Source: Eledone cirrhosa
Taxonomy: Eukaryota
NCBI GenBank assembly: GCA_964016885.1
Contig: OZ024740.1
Span: 287,370,001 to 287,434,000, forward strand
Direction of reading: 5' to 3'
DNA: 64,000 bases
Part shown: in pieces, positions 12,479 through 28,336 of the stretch
Layout: each line of letters opens with the position of its first letter
Position numbering within the stretch: the stretch's first letter is position 1
The notes under the pieces: generated by a model
Told to the model about the DNA's origin: nothing
The model's input: only the letters and a program-made list of their open reading frames with translations
The model's database searches: none
Made by a program: the position numbers and the translations under genes

Positions 12479-12619
12479 TGTGCTTTTTCAAAGGTCACCT
12501 GTATAATAATGAGATATAAATTGTTGCTTTCAAATATGTGATTTACATTGGCTACAGACATAAATTCTTTCTACACATGGTTCAGAATTGCTTTAGAAAA
12601 TTATAATATAACATTCTCT

Positions 12620-15600
12620 GTGTACATGGCTACACTGTACATCACACTCACTGTATGTGGCTACACTGTACATTACACTCACTGTATGTGGCTACACTGT
12701 ACATCACACTTACTTTACATGGCTACACTGTACATCACACTCACTGTATGTGGCTACACTGTACATCACACTCACTGTATGTGGCTACACTGTACATTAC
12801 ACTCACTGTATGTGGCTACACTGTACATCACACTTACTTTACATGGCTACACTGTACATCACACTCACTGTATGTGGCTACACTGTACATTACACTCACT
12901 GTATGTGGCTACACTGTACATCACACTTACTTTACATGGCTACACTGTACATCACACTCACTGTATGTGGCTACACTGTACATCACACTCACTGTATGTG
13001 GCTACACTGTACATTACACTCACTGTATGTGGCTACACTGTACATCACACTTACTGTATGTGGCTACACTGTACATCACACTCACTGTATGTGGCTACAC
13101 TGTACATCACACTCACTGTATGTGGCTACACTGTACATTACACTCACTGTGTGTGGCTACACTGTACATCACACTCACTGTATGTGGCTACACTGTACAT
13201 CACACTCACTGTATGTGGCTACACTGTACATCACACTTACTGTATGTGGCTACACTGTACATCACACTCACTGTATGTGGCTACACTGTACATCACACTC
13301 ACTGTATGTGGCTACACTGTACATTACACTCACTGTATGTGGCTACACTGTACATCACACTTACTGTATGTGGCTACACTGTACATTACACTCACTGTAT
13401 GTGGCTACACTGTACATCACACTTACTGTATGTGGCTACACTGTACATCACACTCACTGTATGTGGCTACACTGTACATCACACTCACTGTATGTGGCTA
13501 CACTGTACATCACACTCACTGTATGTGGCTACACTGTACATCACACTCACTGTATGTGGCTACACTGTACATCACACTCACTGTATGTGGCTACACTGTA
13601 CATCACACTCACTGTATGTGGCTACACTGTACATCACACTCACTGTATGTGGCTACACTGTACATCACACTTATTGTACATGGCAACACTGTACATCACA
13701 CTCACTGTATGTGGCTACACTGTACATCACACTCACTGTATGTGGCTACACTGTACATCACACTCACTGTATGTGGCTACACTGTACATCACACTCACTG
13801 TATGTGGCTACACTGTGCATCACACTTACTGTATGTGGCTACACTGTACATAACACTCACTGTATGTGGCTACACTGTACATCACACTCACTGTATGTGG
13901 CTACACTGTACATCACACTCACTGTACATGGCTACACTGTACATAACACTCACTGTATGTGGCTGCACTGTACATCACACTTACTGTATGTGGCTACACT
14001 GTACATCACACTCACTGTATGTGGCTACACTGTACATCACACTCACTGTATGTGGCTACACTGTACATCACACTCACTGTATGTGGCTACACTGTACATC
14101 ACACTTACTGTATGTGGCTACACTGTACATTACACTTACTGTATGTGTCTACACTGTACATCACACTTACTGTATGTGGCTACACTGTACATCACACTTA
14201 CTGTATGTGGCTACACTGTACATTACACTTACTGTATGTGGCTACACTGTACATCACACTTACTGTATGTGGCTACACTGTACATTACACTTACTGTATG
14301 TGGCTACACTGTACATCACACTTACTGTATGTGGCTACACTGTACATTACACTTACTGTATGTGGCTACACTGTACATCACACTTACTGTATGTGGCTAC
14401 ACTGTACATTACACTCACTGTATGTGGCTACACTGTACATCACACTCACTGTATGTGGCTACACTGTACATTACACTCACTGTATGTGGCTACACTGTAC
14501 ATCACACTCACTGTATGTGGCTACACTGTACATCACACTCACTGTACATGGCTACACTGTACATAACACTCACTGTATGTGGCTGCACTGTACATCACAC
14601 TTACTGTATGTGGCTACACTGTACATCACACTCACTGTATGTGGCTACACTGTACATTACACTCACTGTAAGTGGCTACACTGTACATCACACTTACTGT
14701 ATATGGCTACACTGTACATCACACTCACTCTACATGGCTACACTGTACATCACACTCACTGTACGTGGTTACACTGTATATCACACTTACTGTACATGGC
14801 TACACTGTACATCACACTCACTGTATGTGGCTACACTGGACATCACACTCACTATATGTGGCTACACTGTGCATCACACTTACAGCATGTGGCAACACTG
14901 TACATAACACTCACTGTATGTGGCTACACTGTACATCACACTCACTGTATGTGGCTACACTGTACATAACACTTACTGTATGTGGCTACACTGTACATCA
15001 CACTCACTGTACATGGCTACACTGTACCTCACACTCACTGTACATAACACTTACTATACATGGCTACACTGTACATCACACTCACTGTATGTGGCTACAC
15101 TGTACATTACACTCACTGTGTGTGGCTACACTGTACATCACACTCACTGTATGTGGCTACACTGTACATCACACTTAATGTATGTGGCTACACTGTACAT
15201 CACACTCACTGTATGTGGCTACACTGTACATAACACTTATTGTAAATGGCTACACTGTACTTCACACTCACTGTATGTGGCTACACTGTACATAACACTT
15301 ATTGTACATGGCTACACTGTACATAACACTTATTGTACATGGCTACACTGTACATCACACTCACTGTATGTGGCTACACTGTACATCACACTAACTGTAT
15401 GTGGCTACACTGTACATCACACTGTATGTGACTACAGTGTACATCACACTTATTGTACATGGCTACACTGTACATAACACTTATTGTACATGGCTACACT
15501 GTACATCACACTCACTGTATGTGGCTACACTGTACATTACACTCACTGTATGTGCCTACACTGTACATCAAACTCACTGTATGTGGCTACACTGTACATC

Positions 15601-18600
15601 ACACTCACAGTACATGGCTACAATGTACATCACACTAACTGTATGTGGCTACACTGTACATCACACTCACTGTATGTGGCTACACTGTACATCATACTTA
15701 CTGTATGTGGCTACACTGTACATCAAACTCACTGTATGTGGCTACACTGTACATCAAACTCACTGTATGTGGCTACACTGTACATCACACTCACTATATG
15801 TGGCTACACTGTACATCACACTCACTGTATGTGGCTACACTGTACATTACACTCACTGTATGTGGCTACACTGTACATCATACTTACTGTATGTGGCTAC
15901 ACTGTACATCAAACTCACTGTATGTGGCTACACTGTACATCACACTCACTGTATGTGGCTACACTGTACATCACACTTACTGTATGTGGCTACACTGTAC
16001 ATCATACTTACTGTATGTGGCTACACTGTACATCAAACTCACTGTATGTGGCTACACTGTACATCATACTTACTGTATGTGGCTACACTGTACATCAAAC
16101 TCACTGTATGTGGCTACACTGTACATCACACTCACTGTACATGGCTACACTGTACATCACACTCACTGTATGTGGCTACACTGTACATCACACTTACTGT
16201 ATGTGGCTACACTGTACATCACACTCACTGTATGTGGCTACACTGTACATCACACTCACTGTATGTGGCTACACTGTACATCACACTCACTGTATGTGGC
16301 TACACTGTACATCACACTCACTGTATGTGGCTACACTGTACATCACACTTACTGTACATGGCTACACTGTACATCACACTCACTGTATGTGGCTACACTG
16401 TACATAACACTTACTATACATGGCTACACTGTACATCACACTTACTGTACATCACACTCACTGTATGTGGCTACAGTGTACATCACACTCACTGTATGTG
16501 GCTACACTGTACATCACACTCACTTTACATGGCTACACTGTACATCACACTCACTGTATGTGGCTACACTGTACATCACACTTACTGTACATGGCTACAC
16601 TGTACATCACCCTCACTGTACCTCACACTCACTGTATGTGGCTACACTGTACCTCACACTCACTGTATGTGGCTACACTGTACATCACACTCTCTGTATG
16701 CGGCTACACTGTACATCACACTTACTGTATGTGGCTACACTGTACATCACACTCACTGTATGTGACTGCACTGTACATCACACTCACTGTATGTGGCTAC
16801 ACTGTACATCACACTCACTGTATGTGGCTACACTGTACATCACACTCACTGTATGTGGCTACACTGTACATCACACTTACTGTACATGGCTACACTGTAC
16901 ATTACACTTACTGTATGTGGCTACACTGTACATCACACTAACTGTATGTGGCTACACTGTACATCACACTCACTGTATGTGGCTACACTGTACATCAGAC
17001 TCACTTTACATGGCTACACTGTACATCACACTCACTGTATGTGGCTACACTGTACATCACACTCACTGTATGTGGCTACACTGTACATAACACTTACTAT
17101 ACATGGCTACACTGTACATCACACTTACTGTACATCACACTCACTGTATGTGGCTACACTGTACATCACACTCACTGTATGTGGCTACACTGTACATCAC
17201 ACTCACTGTATGTGGCTACACTGTACATCACACTCACTTTACATGGCTACACTGTACATCACACTCACTGTATGTGGCTACACTGTACATCACACTTACT
17301 GTACATGGCTACACTGTACATCACCCTCACTGTACCTCACACTCACTGTATGTGGCTACACTGTACCTCACACTCACTGTATGTGGCTACACTGTACATC
17401 ACACTCTCTGTATGCGGCTACACTGTACATCACACTTACTGTATGTGGCTACACTGTACATCACACTCACTGTATGTGGCTACACTGTACATCACACTCA
17501 CTGTATGTGACTGCACTGTACATCACACTCACTGTATGTGGTTACACTGTACATTACACTCACTGTATGTGACTGCACTGTACATCACACTCACTGTATG
17601 TGGCTACACTGTACATCACACTTACTGTATGTGGCTACACTGTACATCACACTCACTGTATGTGGCTACACTGTACATCACACTCACTGTATGTGGCTAC
17701 ACTGTACATCACACTCACTGTATGTGGCTACACTGTACCTCACACTCACTGTATGTGGCTACACTGTACATAACACTTACTGTATGGGGCTACACTGTAC
17801 ATCACACTTACTATACATGGCTACACTGTACATCACACTCACTGTATGTGGCTACACTGTACATCACACTCACTTTACATGGCTACACTGTACATTACAC
17901 TCACTGTATGTGGCTACTCTGTACATCACACTTACTATACATGGCTACACTGTACATCACACTCACTGTATGTGGCTACACTGTACATCACACTCACTGT
18001 ATGTGGCTACACTGTACCTCACACTCACTGTCTGTGGCTACACTGTACATTACACTCACTGTATGTGGCTACACTGTACATCACACTCACTGTATGTGGC
18101 TACACTGTACATCACACTCACTGTATGTGGCTACACTGTACATCACACTCACTTTACATGGCTACACTGTACATTACACTCACTGTATGTGGCTACACTG
18201 TACATCACACTTACTGTACATGGCTACACTGTACATCACACTCACTGTATGTGGCTACACTGTACATCACACTAACTGTATGTGGCTACACTGTACATCA
18301 CACTAACTGTATGTGGCTACACTGTACATCACACTAACTGTATGTGGCTACACTGTACATCACACTCACTGTATGTGGCTACACTGTACATCAGACTCAC
18401 TTTACATGGCTACACTGTACATCACACTCACTGTATGTGGCTACACTGTACATCACACTCACTGTATGTGGCTACACTGTACATAACACTTACTATACAT
18501 GGCTACACTGTACATCACACTTACTGTACATCACACTCACTGTATGTGGCTACACTGTACATCACACTCACTGTATGTGGCTACACTGTACATCACACTC

Positions 18601-21600
18601 ACTGTATGTGGCTACACTGTACATCACACTCACTTTACATGGCTACACTGTACATCACACTCACTGTATGTGGCTACACTGTACATCACACTTACTGTAC
18701 ATGGCTACACTGTACATCACCCTCACTGTACCTCACACTCACTGTATGTGGCTACACTGTACCTCACACTCACTGTATGTGGCTACACTGTACATCACAC
18801 TCTCTGTATGCGGCTACACTGTACATCACACTTACTGTATGTGGCTACACTGTACATCACACTCACTGTATGTGGCTACACTGTACATCACACTCACTGT
18901 ATGTGACTGCACTGTACATCACACTCACTGTATGTGGTTACACTGTACATTACACTCACTGTATGTGACTGCACTGTACATCACACTCACTGTATGTGGC
19001 TACACTGTACATCACACTTACTGTATGTGGCTACACTGTACATCACACTCACTGTATGTGGCTACACTGTACATCACACTCACTGTATGTGGCTACACTG
19101 TACATCACACTCACTGTATGTGGCTACACTGTACCTCACACTCACTGTATGTGGCTACACTGTACATAACACTTACTGTATGGGGCTACACTGTACATCA
19201 CACTTACTATACATGGCTACACTGTACATCACACTCACTGTATGTGGCTACACTGTACATCACACTCACTTTACATGGCTACACTGTACATTACACTCAC
19301 TGTATGTGGCTACTCTGTACATCACACTTACTATACATGGCTACACTGTACATCACACTCACTGTATGTGGCTACACTGTACATCACACTCACTGTATGT
19401 GGCTACACTGTACCTCACACTCACTGTATGTGGCTACACTGTACATAACACTTACTGTATGGGGCTACACTGTACATCACACTTACTATACATGGCTACA
19501 CTGTACATCACACTCACTGTATGTGGCTACACTGTACATCACACTCACTTTACATGGCTACACTGTACATTACACTCACTGTATGTGGCTACACTGTACA
19601 TCACACTTACTGTACATGGCTACACTGTACATCACACTCACTGTATGTGGCTACACTGTACATCACACTAACTGTATGTGGCTACACTGTACATCACACT
19701 CACTGTCTGTGGCTACACTGTACATTACACTCACTGTATGTGGCTACACTGTACATCACACTCACTGTATGTGGCTACACTGTACATCACACTCACTGTA
19801 TGTGGCTACACTGTACATCACACTCACTTTACATGGCTACACTGTACATTACACTCACTGTATGTGGCTACACTGTACATCACACTTACTGTACATGGCT
19901 ACACTGTACATCACACTCACTGTATGTGGCTACACTGTACATCACACTAACTGTATGTGGCTACACTGTACATCACACTCTCTGTATGCGGCTACACTGT
20001 ACATCACACTTACTGTATGTGGTTACACTGTACATCACACTCACTGTATGTGGCTACACTGTACATAATACTCACTGTATGTGGCTACACTGTACATCAC
20101 ACTCACTGTATGTGGCTACACTGTACATCACACTTACTGTATGTGGCTACACTGTACATCACACTCACTGTACATGGCTACACTGTACATCACACTCACT
20201 GTATGTGGCTACACTGTACATCACACTCACTCTATGTGGCTACACTGTACATCACACTCACTCTATGTGGCTACACTGTACATCACACTCACTGTATGTG
20301 GCTACACTGTACATCACACTCACTGTATGTGGCTACACTGTACATAATACTCACTGTATGTGGCTACACTGTACATCACACTCACTCTATGTGGCTACAC
20401 TGTACATCACACTCACTGTATGTGGCTACACTGTATATAACACTTACTGTACATCACACTCACTGTACCTGACTGCACTTTACATCACACTTACTGTATG
20501 TGGCTACACTATACCTAACACTTACTATACATGGCTACACTGTACATCACACTCACTGTATGTGGCTACACTGTGCATCACACTCACTGTATGTGGCTAC
20601 ACTGTACATAACACTAACTGTATGTGGCTACACTGTACATCACACTTACTGTATGTGGCTACACTATACATAACACTCACTGTATGTGGCTACACTGTAC
20701 ATCACACTCACTGTATGTGGCTACACTGTACATCACACTCTCTGTATGTGGCTACACTGTACATCACACTTACTGTATGTGGCTACACTGTACATCACAC
20801 TCACTCTATGTGGCTACACTGTACATAATACTCACTGTATGTGGCTACACTGTACATCACACTCACTGTATGTGGCTACACTGTACATAACGCTCACTGT
20901 ATGTGGCTACACTGTACATAACACTTACTGTACATGGCTACACTGTACATCACACTTACTGTATGTGGCTACACTGTACATCACACTCACTGCATGTGGC
21001 TACACCGTACATAACACTTACTGTACATGGCTACACTGTACATCACACTTACTGTACATGGCTATACTGTACATCACACTGACTGTATGTGGCTACACTG
21101 TACATCACACTCACTGTACATGGCTATACTGTACATCACATTCACTGTATGTGGATACACTGTACATAACACTTACTGCATGTGGCTACACTGTACATCA
21201 CACTCACTGTATGTGGCTACACTGTACATCACACTCACTGTATGTGGCTACACTGTACATCACACTCACTGTATGTGGCTACACTGTACATCACATTCAC
21301 TGCATGTGGCTACACTGTACATCACACTCACTGTATGTGGCTACACTGTACATCACACTCACTGTATGTGGCTACACTGTACATCACACTCACTGTACAT
21401 GGCTACACTGTACATCACACTCACTGTATGTGGCTACACTGTACATCACACTCACTGCATGTGGCTACACCGTACATCACACTCACTGTATGTGGCTACA
21501 CTGTACATTACACTCACTGTACATGGCTACACTGTACATCAAACTCACTGTATGTGGCTACACTGTACATCACACTCACTGTATGTGGCTACACTGTACA

Positions 21601-24490
21601 TCACACTTACTGTATGTGGCTACACTGTACATCATACTTACTCTATGTGGCTACACTGTACATCATACTTACTGTATGTGGCTACACTGTACATCACACT
21701 CACTGTATGTGGCTACACTGTACATCATACTCACTGTATGTGGCTACACTGTACATAACACTCACTGTATGTGGCTACACTGTACATCATACTCACTGTA
21801 TGTGGCTACACTGTACATAACACTCACTGTATGTGGCTACACTGTACATCACACTCACTGTATGTGGCTACACTGTACATCATACTTACTCTATGTGGCT
21901 ACACTGTACATCACACTCACTGTATGTGGCTACACTGTACATCACACTCACTATATGTGGCTACACTGTACATCACACTCACTGTATGTGGCTACACTGT
22001 ACATAACACTTACTGTATGTGGCTACACTGTACATCACACTTACTGTATGTGGCTACACTGTACATCACACTCACTGTATGTGGCTACACTGTACATAAC
22101 ACCTACTGTATGTGGCTACACTGTACATCACACTCACTCTATGTGGCTACACTGTACATCACACTTACCTTATGTGGCTACACTGTACCTAACACTTACT
22201 ATACATGGCTACACTGTAATCACACTTACTGTACAACACACTCACTGTATGTGGCTACACTGTACATCACACTTACTGTATGTGGCTACACTGTACATCA
22301 CACTCACTGTATGTGGCTACACTGTACATAACACCTACTGTATGTGGCTACACTGTACATCACACTCACTCTATGTGGCTACACTGTACATCACACTTAC
22401 CTTATGTGGCTACACTGTACCTAACACTTACTATACATGTCTACACTGTAATCACACTTACTGTACAACACACTCACTGTATGTGGCTACACTGTACATC
22501 ACACTCACTGTATGTGGCTACACTGTACATCACACTTACTGTATGTGGCTACACTGTACATCACACTTACTGTATGTGGCTACACTGTACATCACACTTA
22601 CTGTATGTGGCTACACTGTACATAACACTTACTATACATGGCTACACTGTACATCACACTTACTGTACATGGCTACACAGTACATCACACTTACTGTATG
22701 TGGCTAAACTGTACATAACACTTACTATACATGGCTACACTGTACATCACACTTACTGTACATGGCTACACTGTACATCACACTCACTGTATGTGACTAA
22801 AGTGAACATAACACTTTACGCATGTGGCTACACTGTACATCACACTGTACATCACACTCACTGTACCTCACACTCACGGTATGTGGCTACACTGTACATA
22901 ACACTTACTGCATGTGGCTACACTGTACATCCCACTTACTGTACATAACACTTAGTGTATGTGGCTACACTGTACATCACACTCACTGCATGTGGCTACA
23001 CTGTACATCACACTCACTGTATGTGGCTACACTGTACATCACACTCACTGTATGTGGCTACACTGTACATCACACTTACTGTATGTGGCTACACTGTACA
23101 TAACACTTACTATACATGGCTACACTGTACATCACACTTACTGTACATGGCTACACTACATCACACTCACTGTATGTGGCTACACTGTACACCACACTTA
23201 CTGTATGTGGCTACACTGTACATCACACTTACTGTATGTGGCTACACTGTACATAACACCTACTATACATGGCTACACTGTACATCACACTTACTGTACA
23301 TGGCTACACTGTACATCACACTCTCTGTATGTGGCTACACTGTACACCACACTTACTGTATGTGGCTACACTGTACATCACACTTACTGTATGTGGCTAC
23401 ACTGTACATAACACTTACTATACATGGCTACACTGTACATCACACTTACTGTACATGGCTACACTGTACATCACACATACTGTATGTGGCTACACTACAT
23501 AACACTTACTATACATGGCTACACTGTACATCACAACTTACTGTACATCACACTCACAGTACATGGCTACACTGTACATCACACTCTCTGTATGTGGCTA
23601 CACTGTACACAACACTTACTGTATGTGGCTACACTGTACATTACACTCACTGTATGTGGCTACACTGTACATCACACTCACTGTATGTGGCTACACTGTA
23701 CACAACACTTACTGTATGTGGCTACACTGAACATCACACTCACTGTATGTGGCTACACTGTACATAACACTTACTGTATGTGGCTACACTGTACATCACA
23801 CTCACGGTATGTCGCTACACTGTACATCACACTCACTGTATGTGGCTACACTGTACATCACACTCACTGTATGTGGCTACACTGTACATAACACTTACTG
23901 TATGTGGCTACACTGTACATCACACTCACGGTATGTGGCTACACTGTACATCACACTCACTGTATGTGGCTACACTGTACATCACACTTAATGTATGTGG
24001 CTACACTGTACATCACACTCACTGTATGTGGCTACACTGTACATCACACTTACTGTACATGGCTACACTGTAAATCACACTCACTGTATGTGGCTACACT
24101 GTACATAACACCTACTGTATGTGGCTACACTGTACATAACACTTACTGTATGTGGCTACACTGTACATAACACTTACTGTATGTGGCTACACTGTACATC
24201 ACACTCACTGTATGTGGCTACACTGTACATAACACTCACTGTATGTGACTACACTGTACATCACACTTACCGTATGTGGCTACACTGTACATAACACTCA
24301 CCATATGTGGTTACATTGTACATCACACTTACTGTACATAACACTTACTGTATGTGGCTACACTGTACATCACACTCACTGTATGTGGCTGCACTGTACA
24401 TCACACTGTAGATTACACTCATTGTATGTAGCTCCACCATACATCACACTCTCCATATACAACCCCTCGAACATAAATGGCTGCAATGTA
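12620..24490. repeat. 31-bp satellite/minisatellite, ~11.9 kb, roughly 380 units
   Basis: Consensus TACACTGTACATCACACTCACTGTATGTGGC; homogeneous at left, more diverged at right; occasional 16-bp half units. Confidence 0.99.
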
Positions 24491-26807
24491 CATCAATAAA
24501 CTTGTTTTAGGTATGGTGTTTTTTTTTGTTTAGTAACAAATATGAAAATAAATTGCCAAATTTATTGAGAAAGACTTCAACTTTGACCGCACTAGATATC
24601 AAATTTTCAAGTAACTTTATCAGTAGGACCCAGTGATATTCACAAAAAAAAAACATAGATCATAGAAAACTCAGCACAATGCTGTGATGGGCAGAAGTGA
24701 AGACATACCATATTTGATGGCCTAGAAGATGCACATCAATTTGGAGAGGTATTAAACAAAATAAAATTATAAGGGTTGTAACATTTTTTTAAACAAAAGA
24801 AAGTGAAAATAAATTTATTTTATTCATCACAAAATTTATTAAAATTGTAGCTATTGTTGGTGAAGAAGCAATCACCACCTTGTTTACATTTTCAGAGATG
24901 TTTGTGGTTTAATTTAAGGGTCACTGCAAGCACTAGAACACAACTAGATAGTAACCGAAATTGATCCTTGACCTTATAAGACTAGGTTATTTTTTGGGGA
25001 CATTTTTTTGGGGAAAAAAGTGTTTATAAGCCATCAAATACAACTCAAGTCATTGGCCTAAAAAAGGAAGGCCATGGTGGATATAAGGTAGTCCTAGATA
25101 CATTGTGACTGAATAAAAGATCAGATGGTCATGGCTGGAACATCAGTGATTGTAGATCTGTTCAGTCAAGGCTGACTTGGGGCTAAGCAACAACTCAAGT
25201 CAGTATTGTGATATCTGAACATGCATAAAATGATTCAGTTTAATTATGTCTACAATTCCATCACATATAAAACTTAACTTAATCTAATAATGACCACAAG
25301 TTCATACATACATCACTATATTGAATGACTAGAACCAAAAAATATCTTGTTATATCCATAATACTAACTCATCACTAGTACTTAAAATGTTCTAATGGAT
25401 ATCATCAGCATTGTTGGAATTTTAGTGTCTAGTTTTGAATATTTATGTGAGTTAGATATGTTTGGAGGTTGGCAAATTGAGACTTGTCACAATTCATTGT
25501 CATCTTGTTCAAGAAGCCCAGCAATCTGGGATGTGACCTCACCATTCTGAGATCCAACCACATCTTAAACATCCTAAACCCCATGTTAAACACTGTTTAA
25601 TTTAACTTTTCAGATCTGCTAGACTCTCGAATTCTTATTTTCCTCACATTTTCCCTACAACTGGTAAACTATATAAGTTCAAACTGAATAGTAATAGTTT
25701 CAATATGAGAGGGCCTACGAAGATCATGGAGTTTACCCTTTTCCTCTTCTAATTAATTAAAAATATAAAAAAAATCACAAGTCCATACCAATGCAACCAT
25801 CAGTGTGTTGTTAGAACACAGGACAAAATGTATTGTGGTACTTGTTTCAGCTTTCAGTGCTTTAAGTTAAAATTCTGCCATTATTTTGAGAGTTAAGTTA
25901 AAATTCTGCCATTATTTTAAAGTACCAATCCCAGGCAGGGGATTGGCAGATTTGATAGTGCATTTAACAAAATACCTTTTAGTATCTTTGTTCAGAGTTC
26001 AAATCCCACTGTTCTCCTACTTGAGCGATAGACCTAATCCATCACCCAGTTTAAAACCACCATGTGGCCCTTGGGTGAAACATACTCAATTGCAAAAATT
26101 TGGGCAAACTCTCTAGTTTGAGGGTACCTTGTTCCCGCTCACTAGTCTTGGAGGCCCTCTTACAAACATCAACTGTCAGCTCACCTATGCACTGTATATT
26201 ACCACATTTCTAAGGAATGACACTACCTAAAATAATCAAGAATTTGCAGAGATTTAGTAATATAACTTAGTTTCTCATTACTTAACTAATATTTGGAGCA
26301 CAACTTAAAGTTTCTTACATAAAATTATGCATGCTGGAAGGCTTTTACATAAACACTTTAAAATAAATATAAACACTCTAAATAGCTTAGTATCATAGAA
26401 GGAGGGGTGGTTTCAGGCAGTTTGGTATCAAAAGGTTAATGTCTATATCTCACTACCATTTAGTATTACACTTTCCTTTTAAACAGGCAACAATCTAAAT
26501 AAGTAACCAGTAAAAGTATTTTGCCATTAACAGTTTTTTTATACTAAGTTTGAGTAGCAACTGTCAGTAACAAAATTAAAATTATCAATTGGTTCCTTAT
26601 TTATGCAGAGAACTTTCTTGATTCTTGGCAACTAACTTACAATAATAACCAATTTCTGGAACTGAACCAACAATTATCATTTTACAGCTTATATAACTTG
26701 AATCTTGAATAATATGTACAACTTTTATGTAATCATCACCATATAAATACACACATACATGTATGTATACATGTGTTTGTGAGAGTGTGTGTATGTGTGG
26801 GTGTATA

Positions 26808-27740
26808 TCATCATCATCATTTATCTTCCACACCAGTATAGGTTAGGCAGGATTGTCCCACTTGAGGCAAGATTGGTTGGGTGACCGTGTCTCACTCATA
26901 TAGAACTGTTTCTGGCAGGTTTTCTACAGCTGGATGCCCTTTCTAATACCAACTACATTTACAGTGTAGACTGGGAGTCTTTTTACTGTGTCTCCTACAC
27001 GACCACTTTACAACGTAGACTGGGTGTATTTTGTCGTGACACCTACACGACCACTTTAGTGTGGACTGGATGTTCTGTGGTACCAACATAACTTTACAGA
27101 GAAAGGGTGGTGTGGGTGGAAGTGGGAGGATGGAGTAGGGGTTGTGAGGTGAGGTGTATATTTGGTTAAGAGGTGCCTACTGACTGTAGGTCTAGGTTCA
27201 TACGTAAGGGAAGGCGGGTCTTCTGTTTGGTTGGCAGTATCGGTAGAGGGTCTGATGCCATGCTTTATAGCAAAGAGTTACGACCCTTTATGGTCTGAGT
27301 TCAAATCCTGCCGAGGTTAACTTTGCCTTTCATCCTTACAGGGTCGATAAAATAAAGCAACAGTAATACATTAGGATAATTGCTGGCCTTGTGCCAAAAG
27401 TAGAAACAATTTTTGTGTAGCGGCAAAGGTCTTGATCCAGTGACATTGTCTTAGAGAGGTGTAAGTGTGCAAGGTCAGTTTCTATCATGTCGTCCCGAGT
27501 TTTTCTGGGTCTACCTACTCCATAGGTTCCATCAATTTTGATCACCCTGCACTTTTTTACACAGCTGTCATCCTTCATGGGCATCACATGACCATACCAA
27601 CGTAATCTCCTCTCAAGTAAACTGCATCTGATCCCTCTTATTCCTAATTTCTCATTTAGTTCGTTTATGTTTTGCCGTTTGTGTATATTACTATTACACA
27701 TCCAATGGAGCATGCATGCTTCGTTCCTTTCCAATCTGCG
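26808..27740 (-). mobile_element. RTE LINE 3' fragment interrupted by a SINE
   Basis: ORF 27336-27734 ERNEACMLHWMC..ERRLRWYGHV..GRPRKT; 3' UTR like 6060-6466; (GAT)n tail at ~26810. Confidence 0.9.
27228..27410 (+). mobile_element. SINE family 1 nested in RTE
   Basis: ttggcagtatcggtagagg...gagttcaaatcc...gcctttcatccttacagggtcgataaaat...gtagaaacaatt. Confidence 0.9.
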
Positions 27741-27807
27741 GGAAGCCTAAGTAGCAGGGATAGATAGTTAGAGGAGAGACAGAAGGCAGTTGGGGAAAAT
27801 TGGCAAA

Positions 27808-27895
27808 ATATTTACCTCGATTATAAGCTGTCCCCATTTTACCTTCAATTTTTTTTGTCACATATTTATCGACTTACATACGAGTATATAAGGTA
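27808..27895. mobile_element. Short Tc1/mariner-pogo-type MITE relic
   Basis: Imperfect inverted ends atatttacctcgattataagc ... gacttacatacgagtatata. Confidence 0.4.
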
Positions 27896-27904
27896 TATAA
27901 ACAG

Positions 27905-27947
<43 letters not shown>

Positions 27948-27950
27948 TAC

Positions 27951-27986
<36 letters not shown>

Positions 27987-28336
27987 TTGTTCCTAAAATA
28001 ACATCAACAAAAAACAAGTTGACTATATCAACCAACAATTAAATTTCATAATACACATCATAAGTCACATTGTTTATTTTTAATTCACTTCTATAATCTG
28101 TATATTAAACCATTGTTTTTTCACAAAATATATTTTCAACATGCAAACTGTTCACTATCACAACCACTCCCAATCTTTTTATCAGGAAAGCCTACAAAGG
28201 TCATCAATACTACTCTACCCCATTCTCTGACTAACTTATAAAATGACAACAACCTCATCAATTATATTAATATTGTCTTCTTTGCACATATACACACATG
28301 TGTGCATGTGAGTGTCTGTGTGTGAGAGAGAGGTGA

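Noticed and set aside
12620-24490. CRISPR array
   Set aside because: Units are contiguous with no unique spacers, there are no cas genes, and the context is eukaryotic
12548-24499. Very long ORFs (up to 750 aa; YVATLYITLTVCGYTVHHTHCMWLHCTSHSL repeats) as a His/Cys-rich repeat protein
   Set aside because: They are open in all three plus frames because the 31-bp unit has no stop; no frame preference, frequent frame-breaking indels, and antisense to DUS4L
26630-26680. Micro-exon with gtaagt donor on the minus strand
   Set aside because: Only a consensus-like hexamer with a weak acceptor; expected by chance
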